Source: a virus
Taxonomy: Duplodnaviria > Caudoviricetes
IMG/VR virus record: IMGVR_UViG_3300001528_000208
Span: 32,001 to 96,000 of that record
Strand: one strand, 5' to 3'
DNA length: 64,000 nucleotides
Position 1 is the first letter of the stretch. Every line of letters begins with the position of its first letter. Below, piece by piece: positions 63,945-64,000 of this stretch. The position numbers were made by a program, and so were the translations under genes. The notes under the pieces are model-generated. The model did not search any database and was not told the DNA's origin. It worked only from the letters and a program-made list of their open reading frames with translations.

Positions 63945-64000
63945 CTATGAAAGATAGAATTTTTAATAAGGCGCTGTGGGCGTGTTGCAAAATGTCCGGC

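Noticed and set aside
1-64000. Alternative genetic code (stop-codon reassignment)
   Set aside because: Long genes (dnaE, nrdD, tape measure) are intact in the standard code, all three stops are used as terminators, and no suppressor tRNA is seen.

Overview
This 64 kb window comes from a large tailed dsDNA phage, probably of an anaerobic Firmicutes (Clostridia-like) host; the host is inferred from SigA-type promoters, GGAGGTG-type RBSs and a class III RNR. All credible genes are on the + strand. 1-19.7 kb is the tail and lysis module: the 3' part of a tape-measure-like gene, tail genes, and a complete diversity-generating retroelement (target/VR, hairpin, avd, TR, RT). It also holds three Mtd-N-like proteins, a holin/CHAP endolysin pair, and a second DGR-target paralog joined by a G9 tract to a start-less third lectin-like domain. 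20-42 kb covers nucleotide metabolism and replication (NrdD with a mini-intein, NrdG, dUTPase, ERF, SSB, DnaB, DnaG, DnaE, adenine MTase) plus two tnpB genes. 42-64 kb is an accessory region of small ORFs with two tRNA-Glu and three long structured non-coding loci. The most unusual signals are: (1) a promoter-driven ~450-nt RNA containing a covarying mimic of the 23S rRNA GTPase-associated centre, sharing a module with a second ~275-nt RNA; (2) about 40 small, mostly unrelated proteins ending in the same [A/G/V/S]-x-[V/I]-[V/I/L]-COOH tag; (3) a poly-G switch that could fuse two receptor-binding domains; (4) a hypothetical gene followed by a ~425-nt RNA closed by a 16-bp helix; (5) strong GAG/CTC depletion. 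All family assignments come from motif recognition by eye; no searches were run.
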